Part shown: one piece after another, positions 18,709 through 29,025 of the stretch
How the letters are laid out: every line of letters begins with the position of its first letter
How positions within the stretch are numbered: the first letter of the stretch is position 1
From: Myxococcota bacterium
Lineage (GTDB): Bacteria > Myxococcota_A > UBA9160 > UBA6930
NCBI GenBank assembly: GCA_965223705.1
Contig: OZ245015.1
Location: 1,856,001 to 1,920,000, forward strand
Direction: 5' to 3'
DNA: 64,000 nt
Position numbers and translations under genes: made by a program
The notes under the pieces: model-generated
Databases searched by the model: none
Seen by the model: only the letters and a program-made list of their open reading frames with translations
Told to the model about the DNA's origin: nothing

Positions 18709-19530
18709 CTAGGCGCCGCGGAAGTTCGGAGGCCGCTTTTCGAGGAAGGCTCGGACCGCTTCGCGGTGATCTTCCGTTTCCCGGCAACGAATGAGCCGCT
18801 CGGCTTCGCGACGCAGCGAATTGCGCAGATCGCCCCCAATCGCGTCGTTGAGATTGGACTTCATGTGCTGGAGAGCGATCGGGGGCCCGGCGGCGATCTT
18901 CGCGGCCAGCTCCTGGGTGTGCTTCTCCAAGTCCGCGTCGGGCACCACCGCGTTTACGATGCCCAGTTCCGCGCACTCGGCGGCAGGAACCCGTCGGGCC
19001 GTGAAGTAGAGCTCTTTGGCGATCGACGACCCGACGAGACGGGTCAGAAACCAGGTGCCGCCGTAGTCGCCGGAGAGGCCGATGTTCGCAAAGGCGGTCG
19101 TGATGAAAGCGCTCTCGGCTGCGATCCGGAGGTCGCAGGCGAGGGCGATCGACAGTCCGGCCCCGGCGGCGGCGCCGGGAAGGGCCGCAATCGTCGGCTT
19201 GCTGAGCTCGTGCAGACGGAGGCTCAGCGTCTCTTCCCCTCGAACGAGATCGCGAACCAACTCGTCGCGCGACCGGGTGGGTCGGGTGTCCGCCTGTCTC
19301 GCGCTCATGGCGGACACGTCTCCGCCCGCGCAAAAGGCGGTTCCGGCACCCGTCAACACCACGCAGCGCACTTCGGCGGATTGGTCGAGCTGAAGCAGGA
19401 TCTCGCGCAGCGCCGGCGTCAACTCGTTGGACAGGGCGTTGCGTTTTTCCGGGCGATTGAGCGTCACGGTCGCGACGCCGTCTTCGACGCGACACAAAAG
19501 TTGGTCGGTACCGGTGTCGAGGGATGTCAT
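18709..19530 (-). CDS. enoyl-CoA hydratase/isomerase (PaaG-like)
   Basis: LNRPEKRNAL, AFCAGGD, AGAGLSIALACD, GLSGDYGG. Confidence 0.9.
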   Translation of the reverse strand: MTSLDTGTDQLLCRVEDGVATVTLNRPEKRNALSNELTPALREILLQLDQSAEVRCVVLTGAGTAFCAGGDVSAMSARQADTRPTRSRDELVRDLVRGEETLSLRLHELSKPTIAALPGAAAGAGLSIALACDLRIAAESAFITTAFANIGLSGDYGGTWFLTRLVGSSIAKELYFTARRVPAAECAELGIVNAVVPDADLEKHTQELAAKIAAGPPIALQHMKSNLNDAIGGDLRNSLRREAERLIRCRETEDHREAVRAFLEKRPPNFRGA

Positions 19531-19564
19531 AGGATTCACGGTAGCACCTCGGGAGAACCAAGAG

Positions 19565-20302
19565 ATGTACGACTATCTGAAGCTCGAGCGCTCGGACCGG
19601 ATCGCGACCGTGACGCTGAATCAGCCGGAGAAACGAAACCCGATTCACGAGGGCATGCTCGCGGAGTTCGAGCGGATCCTCGCGGAGCTGCGAGACGATG
19701 CGGAAACGCGGGTCGTCGTGGTGACGGGTGCGGGCCCGGCGTTTTGCGCCGGCGCGGATCTGTCGGTAATCGCCGATGTCGACGACCCCGAGGCGCGGCA
19801 GCGCTTGTTCGCGAAAGCGCGCAGCCGACGCATTCGGCTCATCGCGCGCACCTTCGGCATGCTCGAGCAGCTCGAACAGCCGACCATCGCCGCCGTGAAC
19901 GGCCCCGCCGTCGGCGGAGGATGGGGGCTGGCTCTGGCGTGCGATTTTCACCTCGCCGCGACGGGGGCGCGTTACTGGTTCCCGGAGGTCGATCTCGGGG
20001 TGCCGCTCAGTATGGGCTCTTGCGCCCGGCTGTTCGGAATGGTCGGCACCGCTCGGGCGAAGCGGATCGTCCTGACCTGCAGTCGTCATAGCGCCGAGGA
20101 GCTCGAGGCGTGGGGAATGATCCACCGCGTGGTACCGCCCGCAGAGCTCCAGGGCGCAGCCGTCGAGCTCGCCGAGCAACTTCTCGCGAAGGAGCCACGA
20201 GCGCTTACGACCTCGAAGCTGCACGTCAATATTCTCGCCGCCGTCGCCGCGCGCGAAGGCGGGGTCTACGACCCCGACGTGTTCATCCACAAAACGAGGT
20301 AG
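19565..20302 (+). CDS. enoyl-CoA hydratase/isomerase family protein
   Basis: ATG 19565. LNQPEKRN, AFCAGADL, AVGGGWGLALACD, FPEVDLG. Confidence 0.9.
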   Translation: MYDYLKLERSDRIATVTLNQPEKRNPIHEGMLAEFERILAELRDDAETRVVVVTGAGPAFCAGADLSVIADVDDPEARQRLFAKARSRRIRLIARTFGMLEQLEQPTIAAVNGPAVGGGWGLALACDFHLAATGARYWFPEVDLGVPLSMGSCARLFGMVGTARAKRIVLTCSRHSAEELEAWGMIHRVVPPAELQGAAVELAEQLLAKEPRALTTSKLHVNILAAVAAREGGVYDPDVFIHKTR

Positions 20303-20303
20303 C

Positions 20304-20729
20304 ATGCTGCGAATGGCCCGCCTCGACGAACTTCGCGCTGGAGATTCGCTCCCCGAGCGCACCTTCGAACCGAACGAAGTGGAGCTTTTCTTCTTCAACG
20401 CGTCGCTTTGGAACGGGCACCGCATTCACTACGACGCGCCCTACAGCGAAAGCGTCGAGGACTACCCAGCAATTGTCGTCGACGGGCCGCTCCAGGGTGA
20501 TTGGCTCAGTCAAGTTGTGACGGACTGGCTCGGTCCCGACGGGCGAGTGCTCGAGTTCGGTTACAGCAATCGAGGCGCCGCGTTCGTGGGCGAGCGGTTG
20601 ACAGCGGGGGGTGAGATCGAGTCGGTCGAGCCTCGCGCGCAAGAAGTGAAGCTTCGACTGACGCTTCGCAAAGACGACGGAACGCTGACGACGACGGGCG
20701 AAGCCCGCGTCCGTTTGGAAACGCCTTAG
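20304..20729 (+). CDS. MaoC-like dehydratase (single hotdog)
   Basis: NGHRIHYDAPY..IVVDGPL hydratase-like motif. Confidence 0.8.
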   Translation: MLRMARLDELRAGDSLPERTFEPNEVELFFFNASLWNGHRIHYDAPYSESVEDYPAIVVDGPLQGDWLSQVVTDWLGPDGRVLEFGYSNRGAAFVGERLTAGGEIESVEPRAQEVKLRLTLRKDDGTLTTTGEARVRLETP

Positions 20730-20741
20730 GCGAGGGAGTCG

Positions 20742-21524
20742 ATGGCCAACTACATCTCGGTAGAAGAAGCGCGAAATCGGACGGGACTACGCATTGTTGT
20801 GTCGCCCGGGCTCCCGGCACCTTGGACGGAATCGTGCAAGAACATCTATCAAATCAAAGGGCTCGATTTCGTGCTCGCGGCGCAGGAGTTCGGTCAGGAG
20901 AGAGGCGCACTCTACGACTGGTCGGCCCAGACGTCGGCGCCCGTCGTCGCGTGGGAATCCGAGCGCCCGCGCTCGACGTGGATCGAACAGCTCTACCTGG
21001 CCGAGAGACTGTCCGACACGCCCCCGCTCATCCCCGAAAGCACCGAAGAGCAGGTACAGATGTTCGGGCTGGGCCATGTCCTTCTCGGCGAAAACGGCTT
21101 CGTCTGGAATCGCCGGCACCAACTGATTGAGGATCTCAGGCGAGAGCCGGAGCTTCTCGGGGAGGCCACAGGTCCGCTCACCGACTACTTCGCAAAGATC
21201 TATCTCTACAACGACGCCGACGCGAAGGCAGCTCTGGGCCGCTGCGTCGCCGTGCTCGAGCTCTTCACCGCGCAACTCGAGCGCCAGCACGCGGCGGGCA
21301 GCCGATTCTTGGTCGGCGACAGGCTTTCCGCGCTCGATATCTACTGGGCGTGTTCAGCGACCCTGGTCGAACCACTGCCGGAAGACGTAAATCCGATGCC
21401 GGCGCATTTCCGCAAGATCTACGCGAATTCCGCGCCGGAAATTCGAGCCGCGGCGGAGCCGCTTTTGATGGCTCACCGCGACTTCATCTACCGGGATTTC
21501 TTGCGACTGCCCCTCGATTTCTAA
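20742..21524 (+). CDS. glutathione S-transferase-like protein
   Basis: PAPWTE, QTSAPV, FLVGDRLSALDIYW. Confidence 0.7.
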   Translation: MANYISVEEARNRTGLRIVVSPGLPAPWTESCKNIYQIKGLDFVLAAQEFGQERGALYDWSAQTSAPVVAWESERPRSTWIEQLYLAERLSDTPPLIPESTEEQVQMFGLGHVLLGENGFVWNRRHQLIEDLRREPELLGEATGPLTDYFAKIYLYNDADAKAALGRCVAVLELFTAQLERQHAAGSRFLVGDRLSALDIYWACSATLVEPLPEDVNPMPAHFRKIYANSAPEIRAAAEPLLMAHRDFIYRDFLRLPLDF

Positions 21525-21542
21525 CGCCTCAAGGAGAGCCCC

Positions 21543-21971
21543 ATGGCCTATTCAGCCTTACTCGAACGCACCTTGCCCAAGACCCGAAGTGAGGTCTTCG
21601 CCGCGCTGGCGGATTTCGGCGGAATCGGGCGAATCGTTCCCCAGATCGTGAAGAACGTCGATCTCGCGGGCAGCGGCATCGGTTCCTGCCGCACGGTCGA
21701 ACTCAATCCGGACAGCGGTCTTCGAGGGACCGTCGTCGAACGCGTCGAGGTGTCTCACGACGAGCGGATCTTCTCCTACTCGATCATCGGCGAAAGCCCG
21801 CTCCCGCTCTCGGACTACGTCGCCGTCGTCGAGCTCGAGGACGCGCCGAACGGCCAGTGCAAGGTTCGCTACGGAAGTAACTGGGTGCCCGACGGCCTCC
21901 CCGAGGCCGAGCTGAAGACCATGTTCGAAGGTCTCTACGGACAAATTCTCGACGGCATCGAAGCGCTGTAG
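21543..21971 (+). CDS. SRPBCC / polyketide cyclase-like protein
   Basis: LADFGG, GIGSCRTV, VVER, FSYSII, C-terminal helix. Confidence 0.8.
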   Translation: MAYSALLERTLPKTRSEVFAALADFGGIGRIVPQIVKNVDLAGSGIGSCRTVELNPDSGLRGTVVERVEVSHDERIFSYSIIGESPLPLSDYVAVVELEDAPNGQCKVRYGSNWVPDGLPEAELKTMFEGLYGQILDGIEAL

Positions 21972-21978
21972 AGCGGCG

Positions 21979-23232
21979 CTAACGGAGTGTGAGTCCGGCG
22001 AGGTCGATCTCGGGCTCGCGCCCCTCGATGCAATCCGCGAGAACGCGACCGGAACCACACGATAGGGTCCAGCCGAGGTGTCCGTGGCCCGTATTCACGA
22101 ACACGTTCGGGATCGGTGTCGCTCCGAGAAGCGGCGTCCCGCTCGGTGTCACGGGGCGAAGCCCCGCCCACGGCTGCGGGGTGCCGGCCGCATAGCACGC
22201 CGCAAACTCCGGGAACACCTCGATCGCGTTGTCGACGATGGCTCGGCAGCGCCGGGGATCCGGCGTCGCGTCGTAGCGCGTGACTTCCGCTGAACCGACG
22301 ACGCGCAGCCGGTCGCCGATGGGTGCCAGCGCGTAGAACCGGCTCTCGTCGATCACCGGCATTCGCGGCGGGCGTTCCCAAGCGGTTGCCTCCACCGTGA
22401 CCGACACGCCTTTTACGGGATAGACCGGAAGCCTGATTCCCAGAGGACGGAGGAGTTCCGGCGAATGAACGCCCGCGGCGACGACGACGCCGTCGGCTTC
22501 GATGCGATCGCCGTGGAGTATGACGCCCCGAACGGCGCCTCCCGAAACGTCGAGTCCGCGCACGCCGGTCTTCAGATGAAACTCAGCACCTTGCGCGCGG
22601 CAATAGTCGGCGACGGCGTGGGTGAACTTGTAGCAATCGCCCAGTTCGTCACCGGGGAAGTAGATTCCGCCCGCGAGCTGACTCGACGCACCATCGAGCG
22701 CGGGTTCGAGGCGAACGCAGGCCCCTCGGTCGAGCACTTCGAAACGCATACCGTGATCTCGCATCGACTCGCTGAGTTCGGCAGCCGCGTCGAGGGCGGA
22801 CGCTTCGGTATAGATCTTGATGCACCCCTCGGTGTTTAAGTCATACGCCGTACCGATGTCGTCGCGGACTTCGCGAAACGACTGCTGGCTCAGCAGCGCG
22901 AGGCGGAGGTTCGCGAGGGTGTTCGCGCGAAATCGCTTCGGTTGACACTCGCGCAGAAACGCCGTGCCCCAGCGGAGGACGTGGGGGATGGCGCGCGCCC
23001 GCAGGAGGACCGGCGCTTCTTCCTTGCCGAACCAACGCGCCAGTTGGAGCGGCATCCCCGGCTGCGACCAGGGCATGACCTCGCTCGCGTGAACGATTCC
23101 GCCGTTCGCAAAGCTCGCCCCCACGGCGAGGTCCTCCTCGCGCTCGAGGACGACGACGCGGTGCCCGCGCTTCGTCAAGTAGTAGGCCGTCATCGTTCCG
23201 ATGATGCCGGCTCCGACGACAACGACCTTCAT
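21979..23232 (-). CDS. dadA: D-amino acid dehydrogenase
   Basis: ATG 23232. VVGAGIIG, ASFANGG, PVYPVKG, WAGLRPVTP, NTGHGHLGWT. Confidence 0.85.
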   Translation of the reverse strand: MKVVVVGAGIIGTMTAYYLTKRGHRVVVLEREEDLAVGASFANGGIVHASEVMPWSQPGMPLQLARWFGKEEAPVLLRARAIPHVLRWGTAFLRECQPKRFRANTLANLRLALLSQQSFREVRDDIGTAYDLNTEGCIKIYTEASALDAAAELSESMRDHGMRFEVLDRGACVRLEPALDGASSQLAGGIYFPGDELGDCYKFTHAVADYCRAQGAEFHLKTGVRGLDVSGGAVRGVILHGDRIEADGVVVAAGVHSPELLRPLGIRLPVYPVKGVSVTVEATAWERPPRMPVIDESRFYALAPIGDRLRVVGSAEVTRYDATPDPRRCRAIVDNAIEVFPEFAACYAAGTPQPWAGLRPVTPSGTPLLGATPIPNVFVNTGHGHLGWTLSCGSGRVLADCIEGREPEIDLAGLTLR

Positions 23233-23948
23233 GTCGCGCCTCCCGTTGCTTGGCCGAGCAGAACCCCGACGCCGAACGTGATGCCCCCGGCGAGCAAACC
23301 GAACAGCAACTGTCGGCCGGCTCCTTTCCAAACGGGCTGGTGCGTCACCCGGGTGGCAGCGGCTCCGACGGCGAGCAGTGCCGCGCAGGAAGCGAGCGCC
23401 GACGCGACGAAGGCGTTCTCGAGGATGAGCCACGGCAGGAGCGGCACGGCGGCGCCCGTGACAAACGAAAGAAACGAGTAGAGGGCGGCCCGCACCGGGG
23501 CACCGATTTCATTCGGATTGATACCGAGCTCCATCAGCGCGTGTAGGTGCAGCGCGCTCTCCTTCTTCTCGTGCACCGCGTGGGCCAAGTGGAACGCCAC
23601 GTCCGCGGACACTCCGTTGTCCAAGAGAAGCTGGGTGAGGTCGGCGCGTTCTTCGTCCGGGTAGGCTTCGAGGTGCTCGCGTTCGAGGGCGAGCTCACGT
23701 TGGAAGACCTCGCGCTGGGTCTGCATCGAGACGTACTCGCCCGCCGCCATGGAGCAGCCGCCGGCCAGAAGCCCCGCGACGCCCGCGACAATGACCGTAG
23801 CGGGGTCGCCTTGGCCGGCGGCGACGCCCATGACGAGGGCTCCGTTCGAGACCAAGCCGTCCGAGACGCCGAAGACGCTCGCTCGCAGAACGCCGTCGGC
23901 GCCTCCGGCGGAGTGCTCGCTTCGGTGCGGGTGGGGATCGTCGCTCAC
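23229..23948 (-). CDS. VIT1/CCC1 family Fe/Mn transporter
   Basis: LRASVFGVSDGLVS, SMAAGEYVS, acidic cytosolic segment, GAAVPLLPW. Confidence 0.9.
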   Translation of the reverse strand: MSDDPHPHRSEHSAGGADGVLRASVFGVSDGLVSNGALVMGVAAGQGDPATVIVAGVAGLLAGGCSMAAGEYVSMQTQREVFQRELALEREHLEAYPDEERADLTQLLLDNGVSADVAFHLAHAVHEKKESALHLHALMELGINPNEIGAPVRAALYSFLSFVTGAAVPLLPWLILENAFVASALASCAALLAVGAAATRVTHQPVWKGAGRQLLFGLLAGGITFGVGVLLGQATGGAT

Positions 23949-24007
23949 AGTGGGCCTCGTCCAATCGGAAGTCGCTCAGAGACCGTAGCTTTGCGTACTA
24001 TTGCGAA

Positions 24008-24463
24008 GTGGCCAGCTTGCTCACGTCGGAAATCCTCGATCACGTCGGTCGCGAGGCGCCGCCGCGGACCGAGACGGTCACGCGACGCGATATTCGCCGC
24101 TACGCGCTGGCCACGCGTCAGCGCGATCCCCGCTTCATCCGCGGGGACGAGGCGCCGCCGCTCTTCTACACCGCGCTCTTCTGGCCCGAAGCACCCCTCG
24201 ACAAGCTGCGACCCGACGGGTTGACTGCCGATGCCCTGCTGCCGGCCCTTCCGCTTCCCCGCGTGATGGCTGGGGGGAGTTCGGTCACGCCTGTTCGGAG
24301 CATCCGCCCGGGCGACGTCCTGGTCGCGACGAGGAAGATCACGGATATCCGCGAGCGGGAGGGGCGGACCGGCCCGCTGATCTTCGTCGAAACGGAAACG
24401 GCTATTCGAACGGCGGACGGCGAGCTGGTGCTCACCGATCGCACCACGATGATTGCGCGCTAA
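24008..24463 (+). CDS. MaoC dehydratase N-terminal-type (FAS1_N-like) hotdog protein
   Basis: DIRRYALA, APPLF, MAGG, IRPGDVL, EREGRTGPLIFV. Confidence 0.8.
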   Translation: MASLLTSEILDHVGREAPPRTETVTRRDIRRYALATRQRDPRFIRGDEAPPLFYTALFWPEAPLDKLRPDGLTADALLPALPLPRVMAGGSSVTPVRSIRPGDVLVATRKITDIREREGRTGPLIFVETETAIRTADGELVLTDRTTMIAR

Positions 24464-24470
24464 GACCTCG

Positions 24471-24905
24471 ATGCTCGACGACTCCGAAGACGATCGCGAT
24501 CGACGCGCCGCCGAAGCAGCCGAGGCCATGATGGGCCGGGACCGAGCGTCTCGCGAACTGGGGATCGAGATCCAGGAGATCCGGGCGGGGTACGCACGGA
24601 TGACGATGTCTGTACGCCCCTGGATGCTCCAGGGAATCGGGGTTTGCCACGGCGGGCTGCTCTTCACCTTGGCGGACACCGCAATGGCCTTCGCGAGCAA
24701 CAGCCACGGGGAGACCCACGTTTCGACCGGCGGGACGGTCGAATTTCTCCGCCCGGGAGAAGAGGGACAGACACTCACGGCCGAGGCGACCGAGCTTCAT
24801 CGAAGCCGCCGAACCGCCGTGTACGACGTCCGCGTCACCGCGGACGACGGCAAGGTGGTCTGCCATTTTCGCGGACGCACGCTCACCGCCCAGGCCAAGC
24901 GATGA
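24471..24905 (+). CDS. paaI: PaaI-type acyl-CoA thioesterase
   Basis: DRASRELG, CHGGLLFTLADTAMAFASNS, AVYDVRV. Confidence 0.85.
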   Translation: MLDDSEDDRDRRAAEAAEAMMGRDRASRELGIEIQEIRAGYARMTMSVRPWMLQGIGVCHGGLLFTLADTAMAFASNSHGETHVSTGGTVEFLRPGEEGQTLTAEATELHRSRRTAVYDVRVTADDGKVVCHFRGRTLTAQAKR

Positions 24906-24940
24906 GTACCGATTCCGCCCGAATCTGTTAGACCCTCGCC

Positions 24941-26749
24941 ATGGCTTCCTTCGGCGAATTGTGGTCCATGACGAAGACTCTGGCGCGCGCGGTCCGTTCG
25001 AAACCGCTCGATGAAGACGTGGCGATGTCCCTCGGCCAGCTCGTGGCCGACAACGCCGCGGCATTTCCCGAACGCCATTTCTTGTCGTGTGAAGGTGAAG
25101 AACTCACATGGCACGAATTCAACGCGCGTGCGAATCGCTACGCTCACAAGCTCCGGGGCGAGGGTGTCGCGCAGGGCGACGCGGTCGCTCTCATGGTCGA
25201 AAATCGGACCGAGTTCCTGACCGCGCTGATCGGCATCGTCAAAGTCGGTGCGGTCGCCGGTTTGATCAACACGCACCAGCGGCGCGATGTCCTACGCCAT
25301 TCGATCAACCTCGTCGAAGCCAAGCAGCTCATCGTCGGGGCTGAATGTCTCGACGCTGTGGCGGAAGTGCGGGAAGGGCTCGATATCGACGCCGGGGCGA
25401 CGCTCGTCATTCCCGATGGGCAGGATGTCCAAGCTCCCGCCTGGGCGACGCTCTTTCACAGCGCGACGGATGGCGGCCCGACAGGCGACCCTCCTGAGAC
25501 ACGGGGCGTCAGGCAACGCGATCCGTGCTTTCTCGTCTTCACTTCGGGGACGACCGGGCTCCCCAAGGCCGCGGTGGTGCGCAACGGGCGGTTGTTCCGA
25601 GCGATGGAGGGCTACGGGAAGATCTGCCTCAACGTCGGGCCCGACGATCGTCTCTACAACTGCCTCCCGCTGTACCACTCGACGGGCCTCATCGTCGGTT
25701 TCGGATCGATCGCGTACGGGGGCGCTTCGATGTTTCTCCGCCGACGCTTTTCGGCGTCGCGTTTTCTGCCCGAGGCCCGCGAACAGGGCACCAACACGTT
25801 CATCTACGTCGGGGAGCTGTGCCGTTACCTCATGAGTCAGCCGGAAGGCCCGGACGATGCGAACAACCCGGTGGTTCGCGCGATCGGAAACGGTCTTCGA
25901 CCGGATATTTGGATGGGCTTCAAACGCCGTCTGGGCATTGAAGAGGTGTATGAAATCTACGGCGCGTCGGAGGGCAACGCGGGCTTCGTGAACGCGTTCA
26001 ACAAGGATCGCACGATCGGTTTCGGCGTCACGCCCCACGTGCTCGTTCGCTATGACGTGGACCGCGACGAGATCGTGCGCGATGAAAACGGCCGTTGCCT
26101 CGAGGTCGAGGCCGGCCAGCCGGGGCTCTTGTTGACCGAGATTTCCGACAAGGCCCGCTTCGACGGCTACACCGACCCCGCTGCCAGTGAAAAGAAGCTC
26201 GTTCGCGGTGTGCTGAAGCCCGACGACGTGTACTTCAATACAGGCGATCTCATCCGGCAGATCGACGTCGGTTTTGCGTTCGGGCGCGTGCACTATCAGT
26301 TCGTCGACCGAACGGGCGACACGTTCCGCTGGAAGGGCGAGAACTGCTCGACGAACGAAGTGGCGGAAGTCCTCAACGGCGCCCCGCAAATCGCGACGGC
26401 GAACGTCTACGGGGTGCAGCTGCCCGGGTGCGACGGTCGAGCCGGAATGGCGACGATCACCCTCGAAGACGCGAAGGAAGGCGTGGAAGACGCCGACTGG
26501 GCCGGGCTCAGCGCCTACCTCGAGGAGCGGCTGCCACCGTACGCGCGCCCGGTTTTTCTGCGCGTCGTAGCGCAGCAACCGAGCACCGAGACGTTCAAAC
26601 TTCAGAAGACGAAGCTGCGCGAAGAGGCCTACCACCCTGCGCGCGTCGACGGCGACCCGATTCTGGTGCAGCTGCCCGGCTCCAAGGTGTACGAGCCCAT
26701 GTCCGACGCGGTCTATCGCTCCATCGAGTCAGCGGGCGCTGGGTTCTAG
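24941..26749 (+). CDS. long-chain acyl-CoA synthetase (FATP-like)
   Basis: FTSGTTGLPKA, YGASEGN, FNTGDL, FVDRTGDTFRWKGEN. Confidence 0.92.
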   Translation: MASFGELWSMTKTLARAVRSKPLDEDVAMSLGQLVADNAAAFPERHFLSCEGEELTWHEFNARANRYAHKLRGEGVAQGDAVALMVENRTEFLTALIGIVKVGAVAGLINTHQRRDVLRHSINLVEAKQLIVGAECLDAVAEVREGLDIDAGATLVIPDGQDVQAPAWATLFHSATDGGPTGDPPETRGVRQRDPCFLVFTSGTTGLPKAAVVRNGRLFRAMEGYGKICLNVGPDDRLYNCLPLYHSTGLIVGFGSIAYGGASMFLRRRFSASRFLPEAREQGTNTFIYVGELCRYLMSQPEGPDDANNPVVRAIGNGLRPDIWMGFKRRLGIEEVYEIYGASEGNAGFVNAFNKDRTIGFGVTPHVLVRYDVDRDEIVRDENGRCLEVEAGQPGLLLTEISDKARFDGYTDPAASEKKLVRGVLKPDDVYFNTGDLIRQIDVGFAFGRVHYQFVDRTGDTFRWKGENCSTNEVAEVLNGAPQIATANVYGVQLPGCDGRAGMATITLEDAKEGVEDADWAGLSAYLEERLPPYARPVFLRVVAQQPSTETFKLQKTKLREEAYHPARVDGDPILVQLPGSKVYEPMSDAVYRSIESAGAGF

Positions 26750-26764
26750 CCCGCGTCGGTACGC

Positions 26765-27934
26765 ATGAAAGCGATCGTTCTCGACGGAGAGACCCGCGCC
26801 GCTCTGGCGGTAACGCGGTCTCTCGGCCGAGCGGGTGTCGACGTGACGGTTCTGGCCAGTGAGGCCCGCTCGCTCGCGAGTTCTTCTCGGTATGCCGCCA
26901 GGTCCCACCGTGTTCCCGATCCCAATGACGAGCCAGAGAGGTTCTGCGACGCGCTCCGCGCCTACTGCCGCGAGAGAGAACCCGCCGTGTGGCTGCCGCT
27001 CACCGACGCGAGCCTGACGTTGGTTTCAGCGATTCGCGGGTCGCTCGTCGGGGCCGCGTTGCCCTTTCCGGAGGACCACGCGCTCGCTGCGGCCTGGAAC
27101 AAGGAAGAAACGCTCCGGGTCTCCGCGGCCGCCGGGTTGGCGACTCCGCGCTACGACGTGCTCAGGTCGCGGCGCGATGCAGAAGCCGCGGCGGTAACCC
27201 ACGAATTCCCCGTCGTGTTGAAGCCGCGTTTCTCGCGCTGGCGCGCGCCGGACGGCTCGCTCCGGACCGGAACCGTGGCCCGGGTGGAGCGCGCGGAGGA
27301 CCTCGTACCCGCCTGGGAGAAGCTCCACGAGGGGATCCCCGATCCCCTCCTCCAACCGTTTATTCCCGGCTCGGGCATGGGTGTCTTTGCGCTCGCCGAG
27401 CGCGGCCATGTGGTCGCGACCTGCGCGCACCGCCGTTTGCGAGAGTTTCCGCCGAGCGGCGGCGTGAGCGTCTTGCGCGAATCGGTCCCGGTTCCGGAGG
27501 TTTTAGGACGAGCGACCACTGCGCTCCTCGAATCGCTGGCGTGGCACGGGGTGGCGATGCTCGAGTTTCGCGTCGACGCGCGCGACGGAACGCCTTTCGT
27601 CATGGAGATCAATCCCCGCTTTTGGGGCTCCCTTCAACTGGCGATCGACGCGGGCCTCGATTTCCCGCACTTGGTTTACCGTTTGGCCTGTGGCGAGCAC
27701 CTCGAGGGGCCGCTCACGGCGCGAACCGGTGTGCGAAGTCGTTGGATCCTCGGAGACCTGAACCATCTCTGGCTACGTTTGAAGGGCGACACGGACTCCG
27801 CCGGGACGACCCTGGGGCGCGCGTTTCTCGCGTTTCTCAACCCATTTGCCGGTCGACCTGAAGTGTGGCGCGCGAACGATGTCGGTCCTGGGTTCCACGA
27901 ACTGAAACTCTACGTGAGAGACCTCTTCCGGTGA
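26765..27934 (+). CDS. ATP-grasp domain protein (carboxylate-amine ligase-like)
   Basis: ALAVTRSLGRAG, FPVVLKPR, LLQPFIPG, HRRLRE, MEINPRFWGSLQL. Confidence 0.85.
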   Translation: MKAIVLDGETRAALAVTRSLGRAGVDVTVLASEARSLASSSRYAARSHRVPDPNDEPERFCDALRAYCREREPAVWLPLTDASLTLVSAIRGSLVGAALPFPEDHALAAAWNKEETLRVSAAAGLATPRYDVLRSRRDAEAAAVTHEFPVVLKPRFSRWRAPDGSLRTGTVARVERAEDLVPAWEKLHEGIPDPLLQPFIPGSGMGVFALAERGHVVATCAHRRLREFPPSGGVSVLRESVPVPEVLGRATTALLESLAWHGVAMLEFRVDARDGTPFVMEINPRFWGSLQLAIDAGLDFPHLVYRLACGEHLEGPLTARTGVRSRWILGDLNHLWLRLKGDTDSAGTTLGRAFLAFLNPFAGRPEVWRANDVGPGFHELKLYVRDLFR

Positions 27935-29025
27935 CTGACGCCCACGTTCTCAACATGATCGAAACGAGCGGGCCGGGCGGTGCGGAACGCGTGCTGATCA
28001 ATATCGCCGGGACCCTGATGCGCGATCCGGGTTTTCGATCGAGCGCAATTCTGCAGCGGGAAGGGTGGGTCGCGACGGAGCTTCGCGCGCAGGGCATCGA
28101 GCCGCGATTCCTGCAGCTTCGGCACATGCTCGATCTCGGTTTTGTTCGCCGAGTCGTCTCCCAGGTGAAGCGGGAACAGGTCGGTCTGATCCACGCTCAT
28201 GAGTTCGGAATGAATGTCCACGGCGCGCTGATCGCGCGCCTGGCGGGGATTCCCGCGATTGCGACGGTTCACGGCCGTACGTACTACGGCGACAACACGC
28301 GCCGCATTCTCGCGATGAGGGCGCTCCGGCGGTTGGGTGCGACGGTGGTCGCCGTGTCCGCCGACATTCGAGATCTCCTGGAACAGCTCGGGGTGCGCGA
28401 CGTGCGGGTGATCGCGAACGGGATCGATCTCTCGGTGTACGAGAACGTGGACGCTCTGCCCCGAGAAGCCCTCGGGCTCCCCGCGGACGCCAAGGTGATC
28501 GGCGCCGTGGGAAACCTCTACGAAGTCAAAGGCCACCGCGTCTTGGTCGAGGCACTCGCCGCGTGCGGTCGATCGGACCTCCACGCTGTCATCGCCGGGC
28601 GGGGAGACGAGGAGGAGCCCCTACGGCGGCTCGCCGAGGAGCGACATGTCGCCGACCGCGTGCATCTCTTGGGCTTCCGATCGGACGTGCCCGCGCTTCT
28701 CAAGACGTTCGACGTGTACACACTGCCCTCGTTTTCAGAGGGGCAATCGCTGGCATTGATGGAGGCGATGGCAGCGAGCTCCGCCATTGTCGCGACCGAC
28801 GTCGGAGGGAACTCCGAAATCGTACGGACCGGGCGCGAGGGTGTCCTGGTGCCGGCGGGGGATCCCGAAGCTTTAGCTCGCGCGATCGAGCGGCTGGTCG
28901 ATTCTCCCGAGGAAGGGACGCGCTACGGGGAGGCGGCGCACGCGCGCGCGCGCGCGGAGTTCAGCTTGGACGCCATGATCGCGGCGTACCGCGCGCTCTA
29001 CCGAGAGCGGGGCGTCACGGATTAG
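27931..29025 (+). CDS. glycosyltransferase family 4
   Basis: GTG 27931 overlapping the upstream stop. GGAER, VKGH, SFSEGQSLALMEAMA, ATDVGG. Confidence 0.92.
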   Translation: MTDAHVLNMIETSGPGGAERVLINIAGTLMRDPGFRSSAILQREGWVATELRAQGIEPRFLQLRHMLDLGFVRRVVSQVKREQVGLIHAHEFGMNVHGALIARLAGIPAIATVHGRTYYGDNTRRILAMRALRRLGATVVAVSADIRDLLEQLGVRDVRVIANGIDLSVYENVDALPREALGLPADAKVIGAVGNLYEVKGHRVLVEALAACGRSDLHAVIAGRGDEEEPLRRLAEERHVADRVHLLGFRSDVPALLKTFDVYTLPSFSEGQSLALMEAMAASSAIVATDVGGNSEIVRTGREGVLVPAGDPEALARAIERLVDSPEEGTRYGEAAHARARAEFSLDAMIAAYRALYRERGVTD

